From NCBI RefSeq assembly GCF_037042905.1, contig NC_087252.1, positions 21,020,001-21,084,000 on the forward strand: DNA of 64,000 nt, given 5' to 3'. The stretch's first letter is position 1. Every line of letters begins with the position of its first letter. The position numbers and the translations under genes were made by a program. This stretch comes from Lytechinus pictus. Taxonomy: Eukaryota. The notes under the pieces are model-generated. The model did no database searches and was not told the origin of the DNA. It worked only from the letters and a program-made list of their open reading frames with translations. Below, piece by piece: positions 13,601 to 25,600 of this stretch.

Positions 13601-16600
13601 TGAACGGAAGGACCAATTGGAATATTTGGAAGAGAAGCTTACTCTCTTTCGAGTAAGTTTGTTTTTTCTATTATAAATCTTTATTGCTTCACAAAAAAAA
13701 ACCCACTCTATTGTCAATCCGATAAAAATGAAAACATCCCCGTTTAAAATGCAAATTGGCAAATCTTTTGTAAAATAACATTTAGTCATTGAATTTGACT
13801 CCTTTTATATACATATACTATTTTTTTTAATAAGAGAAGGACAAGAAAATTGTCGCAAGTTTCAGGAGCAAAATGAGATTTTACATTATGATAGCTCATA
13901 GATATAAAGCTTGTATGCTTGCGCACACACGACCGTGAAGTTATAGAAAAAGTAGTCCATAACACAAATAACAATATATGGGCCCATACAATCAACTAAG
14001 AAACAACACACACGCGCAAGAGAATAAAGAGATGAACTTTTGTCCGCTTGACCTTTTGGAGTTCTTTAAAGTGTTTCCCATGGCCTCAACAGAGGGTCAA
14101 AGGTTATCTAGGGGTCAAAAAGTCAAATGGTATGAGGTCATGTCCATCCATTTTTCAGGCTTTTGTTCAACTTTTCTCATTTCTTTATAACTGCATCAGT
14201 CGGGTTTATACTTGGTACACATAATCATTGGGTAATACCACACGTGTGTTCGTGGGGTTGATCAGGTCAAAGGTCATCTAGGGCTCACAAGGTCGTATTG
14301 CATATTTTATTTATCATGAAATCGGTTTATTTCCAGTTGGTCTAATGCCTATTAGTCTAATTACCAACTCGTCTTTCATTTGGTCTATCATCAATTCGTC
14401 CACGATCCACATGGTCTACTTGCCACTTCGTCCACTCACCATTTCGCCTATTGACCAGTTGGTCCAATAGCCATTTAGTCCATAAACTATTTGGTCTGAC
14501 TGGATAAGTGTTTATTGTGCAAAATGAATGAAAAGAAAATGGGTATTAGACCAACTGGTTAGAAGACGAAATGGTCATAGACGAACTGGTGATTAGACGA
14601 AGTGATTATTGGACCAAATGGTTGTTAGACGAATGTTGATGGACGGAATGGCATTAGACTAAATAAAGGTAGATCATGTGATGAGTGGACGAGCCTTTGG
14701 CAATAGACGAATCGGCAGTTTACCTCGAAATCAGGGCGACACTCTCGGTTCGTGGACCAGCTATTGATGCGATCTTTGATTTCTTTTGTTGCAGAGGTCT
14801 CTGGAACAGGCAAAAAGAGAGAAAAAACAGATGGAGGATAATATGGCAAGGTATCATGACAGCGTTAACAAGAGTGCAGAAAAAGAAGTAATCGTTTGGA
14901 AACGAAAACATCAGGTGAGCCTTGTGTCCTGTATGTAACCAGTAGCGTACTCAGGATTTTTGAAAGGGGGGGGTTCATGCTGAATGAAACGTTGACAACC
15001 CCAACAAAATTCACAAGCAAAATAAAAAACAAACTTGTGCATTTGCAGTCAATGGCCGACAGTGACGTTGGAGGTTATGTACAATAAAAAGTGGAGGGTG
15101 CAAGTAAAAACATGGCCAATCGGTTTACAATAACCCAAGTCCAGCAGGTGGCTGCAAACTTCTGATAACTGGGAAGGCAGCCACCTTGAAAGTAGTGAGG
15201 GAAAGTGTGTTGATAGCAGACCTGCCAACCAGTACGATTTTCCTGTATTTAGTATGATTTTTTAAATTAAAATACGGGCATACGATTTTTCAAGTTCAAA
15301 AATATGTTTTTTACGTAAAAAAAAAATATTTGCGATTTTGGCGTTCCATACTATAAAGCGATTTCGAAGCTCAGTGGCACGCGCACCGGCATAGATTGGC
15401 ACTTCGGCAAACTGACACGATAAACGCCTCACAGTCCCTGACGCCGCAAGTAAACGGTCTGCCGCCATTTTGTGTCATATAAAAACACATGGCTGCTGTA
15501 ATTGTTGTTCCAACACTATGTATACGGCGATGCATTGTGGGGTAGCAAGATGGCGGATAATGGTGATCGAGGCGCGCACAATATCCATTCAATTAGACAA
15601 GACTTCGGTGGTTGAACGGGTAAAGCGTGACTGCTGGTGACCGGTGGCCTAGCGCTAGCGTGCGGGCTGCGCCGGGGAGATAGCTGGCCTGGCGCTTCGT
15701 GTTGTTTGCGGTTCATGTGTGTGGTGCATTTCATTGCTGCGGTGTTGAACTCTCGATATTTTCATCTCGGATAATGGATTCATACCAAAGAAAAAGGAGA
15801 GTAACAGAGGCGATTCTCACTCTGGACAATCCAAAAGATGGAGAATGAGTAGCAGTGATAAGTAAGTTTGTCAAAATGCTAACTCCCGGCCTAGCGGATA
15901 AGGCGCTTGGGGATGTGTTTGCTAGTGCCAGGCCGGCCGCACCGCGGCCTGTCCTGATGATCGCGCTGCGCCGCTGCACTGCACGGGCTCCGCGGCCGTG
16001 TTGTGCATAATGGAGTCTAGCGTAAGCTATATGTGGAGCACAATCTATATGAAGGCAGTACTTGATTGACTCTTCAGAATATCTGAACAATTTTCACGAA
16101 TCTTTTAAGTTTTTCAAATGTCATAAATTTGAATGTAAAAAAAGTTAGTTCGAGACCTATATTGGTTCATGAAACTTGGACATCAGAGTAATCAATAATC
16201 ACTCTTGCATGAGTTGAAATTCAGGCCATCTCATTACGGTGTAAGGATATTTTAAGGTATTTTAAAGTAGTTTTATCGTATGATATTATTATTAGTTTTT
16301 GATTGACATGTATGGAAGAAATGACAAAACACGCAGGAAATGGCCCTTTTTCCAGCTTTAAGAAAAGGTCCCTACTGTGGGAGGGGAGGACAACTCCCTC
16401 CCCTTGCGCGTTCCGCGCATTTTTTTAATAAAATACAGTTTTTTGGGGGAAATACAGTTTTTGTTATCAGAGAATACAGTTTTTCATTCCCAGAGGTTGG
16501 CAGGTCTGTGATAGCTACATAGGGAAGTCTGTTCCATATTCTCACAGCATGAGGATAGAAAAGCAAAGTGAGGGAATTTAGTACTTGGCAAGAAAGTTTT

Positions 16601-19600
16601 CCTGAACTTTTTGCCTGACTTTCAGGTCACATGACCAAGGTCAAAGGTCATTTAGGGTCAATGAACTTAGACCATGTTGGGGGGAATCAATATCAAAATC
16701 TTAACCAAGGTTAAGTTTTTGAAATGTTGTTATAACCAAAAAAGTATATGGACCTAGTTCATGAAACTTAAACATGCATGTAAGGGTGATAGTGTATCAC
16801 TGAAGATCCTGCCTTAGTTTCAGGTCACATTACTAAGGGCAAAGGTCACTTAGGATTAATGAACTTTTACCATGTTGGGGGAATTTGTGAAATTGTCATC
16901 ATAACTTCAAAAGTTAATCGATCTAGTGCATGAAACTTGGACAAAAGAGTAGCCATGTATCCCTGAACATCCTGTGCGCATTTCAGGTCACATGACCAAG
17001 ATCAAAGGTCATTTAAGGTCAATGAACTTCGGCCATGTTCGGGGTATTTGTTGAATTGGCATCATTATTCATAACTTAGAGAGGTTATGGATCTACACAT
17101 GTAGTTCATGAAACATAGACATAAGGGTAATCAAGTATGAATGATTGTTTTGCACACATCTTAGGTCACATGATCATGGTCAAATATCATTTTTGGTCAA
17201 TGGACATAGTATTTTATTATCATATGAGTGTTTTCTTTTGTGAATAGTTATTCAATATCTTTTTTCAAAGTCAGCACTGCTGCTATATCGAATCGCGTAA
17301 TGCAGGCGAGACTGCCAGAGGCATTCCACTTGTTTCCTATGAACTTTGTTGAGGACCCTTTTGCGATCATAAATAGCATGAAAAAAATCCATTTAAACAG
17401 ACAAAACTAAAAATATTCCTACATTTATGATTTTTGGCTGAAAAACACAATTTGCATTGACTTTGTACACAGAATCACATTTTGGAGCAATTTTGGGTCT
17501 GACTTGCACTTACACAATGTTGTGTAATTTTGGAACCGCATACCCGGGCGTCGCAAATTTGGCTTCTAAAGATGCAGAAGACTTAAAAGTAAAAAGTCAG
17601 TGGCATAGTGACGAAAGGGGGGGTCAAATTGACCCCCCCCCCCAGTTTAATAAGGGTTGGGTTTTAACAGCTCACAGAACAAAAATCTATTTTGACTGCA
17701 TATTACATTTGACTATGAAGGTCGGAGTCATTTCTTTTTTTTTTTCATTCATTTGATTTAATAACCCCTTTCTGTTTTTTGGTTACAGGAAATCTGGGAT
17801 CAATATCGAGATTTGGATGTAAGCAAAAGCTTACTGACTTTGAAATATAATGAACTTGAAGAGTAAGTACCTTATTTGACAATCTTAAAGCCTGTCTAAA
17901 ATTTCCGTGGCTGGGCTGATGAAACTTTATATCTCAAAATTTAAAAATTTCACAGCAGTTTAGAAAAGGCTGTATTTTGAAAAATATAGCAATAGTGGCA
18001 GTCTCATATTGTCTGAAAACAGTCTACTGATAGCTGTGAAGAACTCTTTCTAGGCAAAACAAGGTTGCTATCCGTGTTTTAACCCTTAATCCAGCTGATT
18101 CTGAGCTGTCATCAAAATATTTAAATTTTGAGATAAAAAGTTTTATCAGCCGAGCAGCAGGGTCAATAATGTGAATTACAATCAAGTATCATCTAACATA
18201 CCGATCTTACAGAAGGGTTGAGGCCGTTAGATCTCCTTACAACCGCCACTTCACTGTGAAAATGTCATATATTATATATCTAGCGCCCTCTCTTGGTGAT
18301 TTTTTTTCGTTTACAAATGGGTCATTGAGCACTTTTGATATACATTGTAAATGAGGGAATGGATATCCGAAAGCTGTAGACAAAGTAATAGTAATCATGA
18401 TAACCCGCTTTTATTTTGGGCTTAATACATCAGAATGACGTGTCTATAAAACACTTAACAGATTTATTACCACAGTCATCGGATTCAATCAGTCATTTCC
18501 CCCACACAATGTATGCACATTGGTTGGCAGAGTGTGGATTAACGCCTTGCCAAAGGATGCCTTGACATGCCTTGACAAAGAATGTATTCTGAAAGCTTCA
18601 CTCTCTATTCCCTGCCATGACAAACAAAATTCATGCATTTTCCAGAACATTTAAAGATGCCCTTTATGATGAACCATAAATATGTTGATATTACTGTGTC
18701 AATTTATATAATAATAATACATGAGATTTGTATAGCCCACTTTCAATCTTGATTAGATGCTCAAGGCGCTTCAGTGCAGAACAACAAAAAGTATTTACAT
18801 ATAATACATTCCTGAACAATAAGTCAATGTCTATCAAAAAACACTCTTATACAGGTATGTTTTCAGGTTGCCCTTGAAGGTGGTCACTGAAGTCTGGGTT
18901 TTCAAACTCTGTGGGAGAGAATTCCACAAGCTAGGCCCTGCATGAGCAAAGGCCCGTTCCCCGCATGATTTCTTAGCAACTGGAATTTGTAAGAGATTAG
19001 ATGATGAGGATCGTAAATTTTTTGAGGGTTGGTAATTATGCATCAAAGACCTATTGTTACTGGGGGAAGTTCCATTGACTATATGAAAAATCAAAAGGAC
19101 TTTAAAGACTATGCGTTCCTCCAGGGGCAACCAGTGAAGAGTTTTCAATATAGGGGTGATGTGGCTGCATTTGCTAGATAGAGTTACAATATGCGCAGCT
19201 GCATTTTGGAACCTTTGCAATATATATATAAATATATATATATTCATAGGGCTCTTTATTTGAACATTTTCCAAAATGTCTAACAAACTGATCCCTCTCT
19301 TTACTGTTCTGGAACCTGTTTCATAAAACTTGTAATAAAAGATTTGCAATAACAGTTAAAAGCTACTGAAATCCTTCAATCTGATTGGCTGATAGTAAAT
19401 TTGTAATAGAAATTGTGCATTTGTTATTATAACAAGTGGGACCGTGATTCTTATTGCTATTTTCAGCGAACATAAACCATGTAACTCAAAGATAAAGAAG
19501 TATGATGGTCTGAAGGAAAGGTTTGACAAACTGGTTCTGGCTTCAGCAGAAGAAACAGAGTCATTGAAGGGTGAGATTGGTGTACTTCGGGTGAGTTTGA

Positions 19601-22600
19601 ACTTTGTCGTCATTCTATTCATTCAAATCAATCAATTATGTATGCTGTCCTCTTTTATTTTTGCTCTAAATTTATTTGTTTACCTTTTTTTTAAACATTA
19701 TTACATGAATCCAAGGCCCAGTGACCAAAACTGAACAAGTTACAATATAATTATATGTGAATTCAAAAAGTAACAACCAAATGAATTTGTGGACAATATT
19801 AAAAAAAAGAAGTGTGAATACATGAAACAAGAACCCTTAAAAACAGGAGATGGAAATGGGAGAACCAGAGGACATGCTTAGTCCGTAAACTAGATTTTTT
19901 TTTAATTCTCTCATTTTCTTTCTCTACATAACTCTGTTAAAGACATGGTGATTGCCAAGCAGTTGAAGAAGCTCATGGCTTAGTCACAACAACACTACGA
20001 TATGGTGTCCAATCTTATTTCATACTGTATTCAATCGTTTAGTTTTCCTCACAGAACTCTGTCAAGGAGAAGGTCAACAAGACACTTGACAAGCAGTCAT
20101 AGAAGCTGATTGTTTAGAAACTAGAATTCCTGGACACAGTGTCCAAACAGACATTGCTTACTCCTTTTCTTCCTCCATCTTCATAGAACTCAGTCAAAGG
20201 CAAGGAGATGGTCCACAAGACACTTGAGGAGCTCATGGTTGAAAAGCATGAACTCCAGAATACAGTGTCCAAACTGACATTGATAATTCCTTTTGTTCCT
20301 TCACATTTACCGAACTCGGAGACAATGAGAAGGTCCACAAGGCACTTGACAAGCAGTCAAAGAAGCTCATGGTTGAGAAACAAGAACTCCAGGACGCCAT
20401 GTCCAAACTGACATTGATCATTCCTTTTGTTCCTTCACCTTCACAGAACCCAGTCAGAGACAAGGAGAACGTCCACAAGACTCTTGAGGAGCTCATGGTT
20501 TGAAAACAAGAATTCAAGAACACAGTGTGCAGACTGACATTGATAATTCCTTTTGCTCCTTCACCTTCACAGAACCCAGTCAGAGACAAGGTCCACAAGA
20601 CACTTGACAATCAGTCAAAGAAGCTTATGGTTGAGAAACAAGAACTCCAGGACACGGTGTCCAAACTGACATTGATAATTCCTTTTGTTCCTTCACCTTC
20701 ACAGAACCCAGTCAGAGACAAGGTCCACAAGACACTTGACAAGCAGTCAAAGAAGCTTATGGTTGAGAAACAAGAACTCCAGGACACGGTGTCCAAACTG
20801 ACATTGATAATTCCTTTTGTTCCTTCACCTTCACAGAACCCAGTCAGAGACAAGGTCCACAAGACACTTGACAAGCAGTCAAAGAAGCTTATGGTTGAGA
20901 AACAAGAACTCCAGGACACGGTGTCCAAACTGACATTGATCATTCCTTTTGTTCCTTCACCTTCACAGAACCCAGTCAGAGACAAGGTCCACAAGACACT
21001 TGACAAGCAGTCAAAGAAGCTTATGGTTGAGAAACAAGAACTCCAGGACACGGTGTCCAAACTGACATTGATCATTCCTTTTGTTTGTTCACCTTCGCAG
21101 AGCTCAGTCAGAGACAAAGAGAAGGTCAACAAGACGCTCGACAAGCAGTCGAAGAAGCTCATGTATGAGAAACAAGAACTCCAGGACGCCATGTCCAAAC
21201 TCCAATCTGAGATGGCCATCGTGAATGAGGAGCGTCTTACAGCAATGGCCAGGAGAGCTCAGACAGAGATGGAATTGGAGGAGACAAGGAAGATTCCCAA
21301 GGAACTCAAGGAAGCCAAGCATGCCTTGGAGGTACGTCTCAAGGCCAAGGAAGAAGAGGCAGTGAAGTCATTGGATAGAGCCTGCAAAGCAGAGGTATGT
21401 TACCACATCTTGGAAGGATTTTTCTTCCAATTCTGGATGCCACGTCATGAAACTTGTTATAATAACAAATTTGCAGAAACAGTTTCCAGCTACTGAAACC
21501 ATTCAATTTGATAGGCTGTTAGTAAACCTGTTATAGAAATTGTCCATTTGTTATTATAACAAGTCTTTATGAAAGGGGACCCTGAAGGTACAAATCCAAT
21601 AATTTAATCTGGTTCACAAACAAGTTGTGTTATTTGGTCTAAAAAATAAATAAAACTTGGCGGTAAGTTTCCAAATTTTCTGTTATTTTAGATCCAATTC
21701 TGAAGTTAAAGGAGAATGAAACCCTTGAAACCAGCTGAATCCATATCAAAGAGAAAAATCAAAGAAACATATTGTTGAAAGTTTGAGGAAGATTGAATGA
21801 ATAATAAAAAAGTTATGAGCATTTGAATATTGAGATCACTAATGCCATGTAGATCCTCCCATTGGCAATGCGACCAAGATCTGTGATGTCACACACGTAC
21901 AACTCCCTCATTACTTAAGTACTTATTTCACTTATATTCTCACTTTTATAGAGTCTATCACAGGGTGGGGTGTTCCCTTTATGAGAGGACAAGTACAGAG
22001 GTTTCACAACATTATATCATTGATGAATTGTTTGTCATATGATTAGAATGAGCAAAAAGAGATGTTTTGGGGTATATTTTCAGTGTCCAAAAGGGTAGAT
22101 CTTGGTCGCATTGCCAATGGGAGGATCTCCATAGCATTAGTGATCTCGACATTCAAATGCTCATAACTCTTCTATTGCTAGTCCTATTTTACTCAAACTT
22201 TTGTTGATCTTATTCTTTGATTTTTCTGCTTTCACAAAAGCTAACTTGCTCCAAGAGCTTCATTCTCCTTTAAGTCCATCTAGGCCGAGGTATTTTGGGA
22301 GATCATATGATCGGGGGGAGGGGGGGCTCCCAGGCCCCCCTTGAGATCTTGGCCGTCGATCGCGCTATTGTGCCTAAAATTGGCATGCAGGTTGTGTAGG
22401 ATATAATCTACAAAATTTTTTATTTATTCATTACATGCAAATTGTTATTGATTATGCTAATTAATGTGTAATTAGTATGCAAAATCACTCTTTTTCCTCT
22501 AATTTCCTAAATGAAGCTCCAAATGTTCTAATTTTTGGTGTAGAAACTCTTTGCGGTATCAGATCAATTTCTTGTGCATTTCTTTGTTTTTCATTGTTTT

Positions 22601-25600
22601 TTCGATAAACTTTGTCTGGGTCTCTTTAAGATTTAATAAAAAGCATTAAAAAATCCATTTATACCACCAAAACTAAAGATAATCATACATTTATGATTTT
22701 TGGTTGAAAACACAATTTGCGTTGACGTTGTACATGAAATCGCATTTTTGAGCAATTTTTGGTCTGACATGCACTTACAAAATGTTGCATAAATTCGGAA
22801 TCGCGTACCCGGGCGTCACAAAATTGGTCTCAAAAGATGCGCAAGACTTGAAAGTATAAAATCAGCGAGCAGCACGGTCAAAAAAATTTGTGCGGCAAAA
22901 ATGTGGCGCGAATCGTTGAGGGGTGCTTTGATGCCCCCCCCCCGGCCTAGATAAGGCTAACAAGAGTCATGAATTTGTTTTTTAACATCAGATGCATGGA
23001 TCATTGTTTGATAAACCAAGGGAAACATAAATGTTACATCTAGATATACTCACCCACTGCTATTGATCATGTCTCTCGAATACCTGCAGGCTAGGAAAAA
23101 CACCCACTTACACTACTTGATTTATTTATATTAGCGATCACATTAAATCAAGTATGAGTGTCATCGTGGAGGTGCCGTGGCCGAGTGGTCTAAGGCGCCT
23201 GACTATACATGAGAAGTCTGGGGTTCGATCCCCGGTCAAGGCACGTATAATGCACGTGAGCAAGGTATTTAATCGGCATTGGTCTTTTATCCTGCATTCA
23301 AATAAATGAAAACATGCCTTCTTGGTAACTAGGTGTTCACTTGTTTGAGAAAAAAAAGAAACAATGGAGGTACCTTGGCCAAGTGGTCTAAGGCGCATTA
23401 TTGGAGATCCGAGGATCAGGGGTTCGATTCCCGCAAGGTGTTTATGTCATTGAGCAAGGCATTTTATCCACATTGCTGTTTTATCGTACATCAAATAAAT
23501 GAAAATGATATCATGAATACCAATGTGTGAACTTTTTTGTTGTTGAATGTATGAGTGTTATTTGGCTTCCTAAATCACACATGTTTGGACAAAATTATGC
23601 ATGGTTGCTTCCAGGAAAAAAAAATGCATGGCTAGTGTTACAGTAGACTTTAATAATTCATGCAACATGACCGGCTCATAGCCAATCATTTGCTTAGGAG
23701 GATTATGTCCGTTTTATAACAGTTTTTGTTTTCATTTGTTTTAATTTCCAGAGTCAATTCCTGCACCTGTTTATGTCGAAGGAGTTGAAACCATTAGAAG
23801 AAGCTTGTAAAGAAGCAGAGTACCATATTCAAACTATAGCCAACATCCTGCAAAAGTAAGATTTTAAAATTGTTTTCCTTCGTTTGTGAATCCAACATTC
23901 TGTAAGTTTAAAGTAAGATTTATTTTCTTTTATCTTTGTTTCTTTGTGAATACCACTTTAGCCAGCATCTTGCAAAAGTAAGATTTTTGTTCTTTGTTGT
24001 TAGGGAATCCAACAGCCTGCAAAAGTAAGATTTATTATTTTTTTCTTTGTGAATACCACATATAATTTGTTTGTATGATACTAGCATGGATCCCAGGAAG
24101 CCTATTGATTTTGAGGTCAAAAGGTCAAGGTCTCAGTGACATGTTTTCATCTTACCCTTCTGCAGTCCTTGTAAACACCATAACTTCAGTTTAACTTAAC
24201 CTAGGCTCATATAATTTTGTGTGTATGATACTAGCATAGATCCCAGGAAGCCCATTAATTTTGAGGTCAAAAGGTCAAGATCACAGCGACATGTTTTCAT
24301 CTTACCCTTCTGAAGTCCTTGTTAACGCGATAACTTTAGTTTAATTTAACCTAGGCTCATATATTTTGGTGTGTATAATACTAGCATAGATCCCAGGAAT
24401 TCTATTGATTTTGAGGTCAAAGGTGAAGTCACCACCTTCCATTTTATCTTGCTTGACCAATAACTATTTTCCGTGTACAGGCGGGAATATTATGTGCTCG
24501 CCTTAGCGACACTCTTGTTTTTCTTTGTTTGTTTATTTGTGAAAGTAAAGTAAGTTTTATTTTTCTTTGTTAGTGATTCCGACATCCTGCAAATGTAAGG
24601 TTACATTTTTTATCTTTGTTTGTTTGTGAATACCAAATAAAAACTGTAGCCAGCAAGCATCCTGCAAAAGTAAAATTTCATTTGTATCTCGCCCACCAGA
24701 GGTGAAGGGGAGACTAAGGGATCCAAATGTCATCCGTCCATCACAAATATTATGACAGATAACTTTGCAACAGTAAATAATTTTTCAGCCAAACTTGGTT
24801 TGTACATGTATATGTTCTTATGGGTCCTGCATTTTATGGTGCAGTTGAAGGTCACATGGTAAGGTCAAAGGTAATTTTGAGGTCAACGTTAAAGTTGAGG
24901 TGAAAGACTCTCTTATGATACATAACTCTGCAACTGTGTCTCACTTTTCAACCAAACTTTGAAAACTATTATCTCTTTATTTTTTTCTCTAAATAATAAG
25001 CTCATTATGGCACTTCATCTTCTACTGCACCCGCAAACACATTAAACCTTCACACATGCAAGATATCAGTGCAATTATGTCATTCATATCAAAAGGGTGG
25101 AGTAGGTACAGGGGAAAGCGAATAGCAATGGCGCTATCTATATAAATGCCTATTATTATTATTATTATTTCATGAAATGGCTCTTCTCAAATGTTTATTT
25201 TGTATTACATTCCATACCACATATTTCATAATGAGGTTTCCATACCATTTTGTTGCGTTTGCAAGGAGTATTTTCACTAGTGGGCGAGACACAATATTTC
25301 TAATGCCTTGTTTATCTTTGTTGGTTTGTGAATACCAATTAATAACTATAGCCAACATACTGTAAAAGTAAGATTTCATATATTTTTCTTCGTTTGTGAA
25401 TACCATTTATCAAAACCAAAGCCAACATCCATCAAAAGTAAGATTTCCTTTTTTTTTTTTACTACCATTTATCAAAAACTATAGCTGTCATCCTCCCAAA
25501 GCAAGATTTTTGTTTGTTTTTTAATACCATAAAACTATATCTAACATTTTATTAGTAGGATATCTCTGTGTGTATTTGTTTGTTGTGAACACCATATATA

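Noticed and set aside
12027..13789. Several antisense and alternate-frame ORFs
   Set aside because: Shadows of the large low-complexity TTC3 exon.
15262..16090. Minus-strand ORFs as a transposase
   Set aside because: Short, no recognisable DDE or zinc-finger motifs; explained by GC richness.
20525..21496. 323-aa ORF as a separate repeat-protein gene
   Set aside because: It is a TTC3 exon plus duplicated acceptor units, with no independent start context.
23170..23246. Possible tRNA gene
   Set aside because: A and B boxes are present but the stems are imperfect and it runs into SINE body sequence; a second decayed copy follows.
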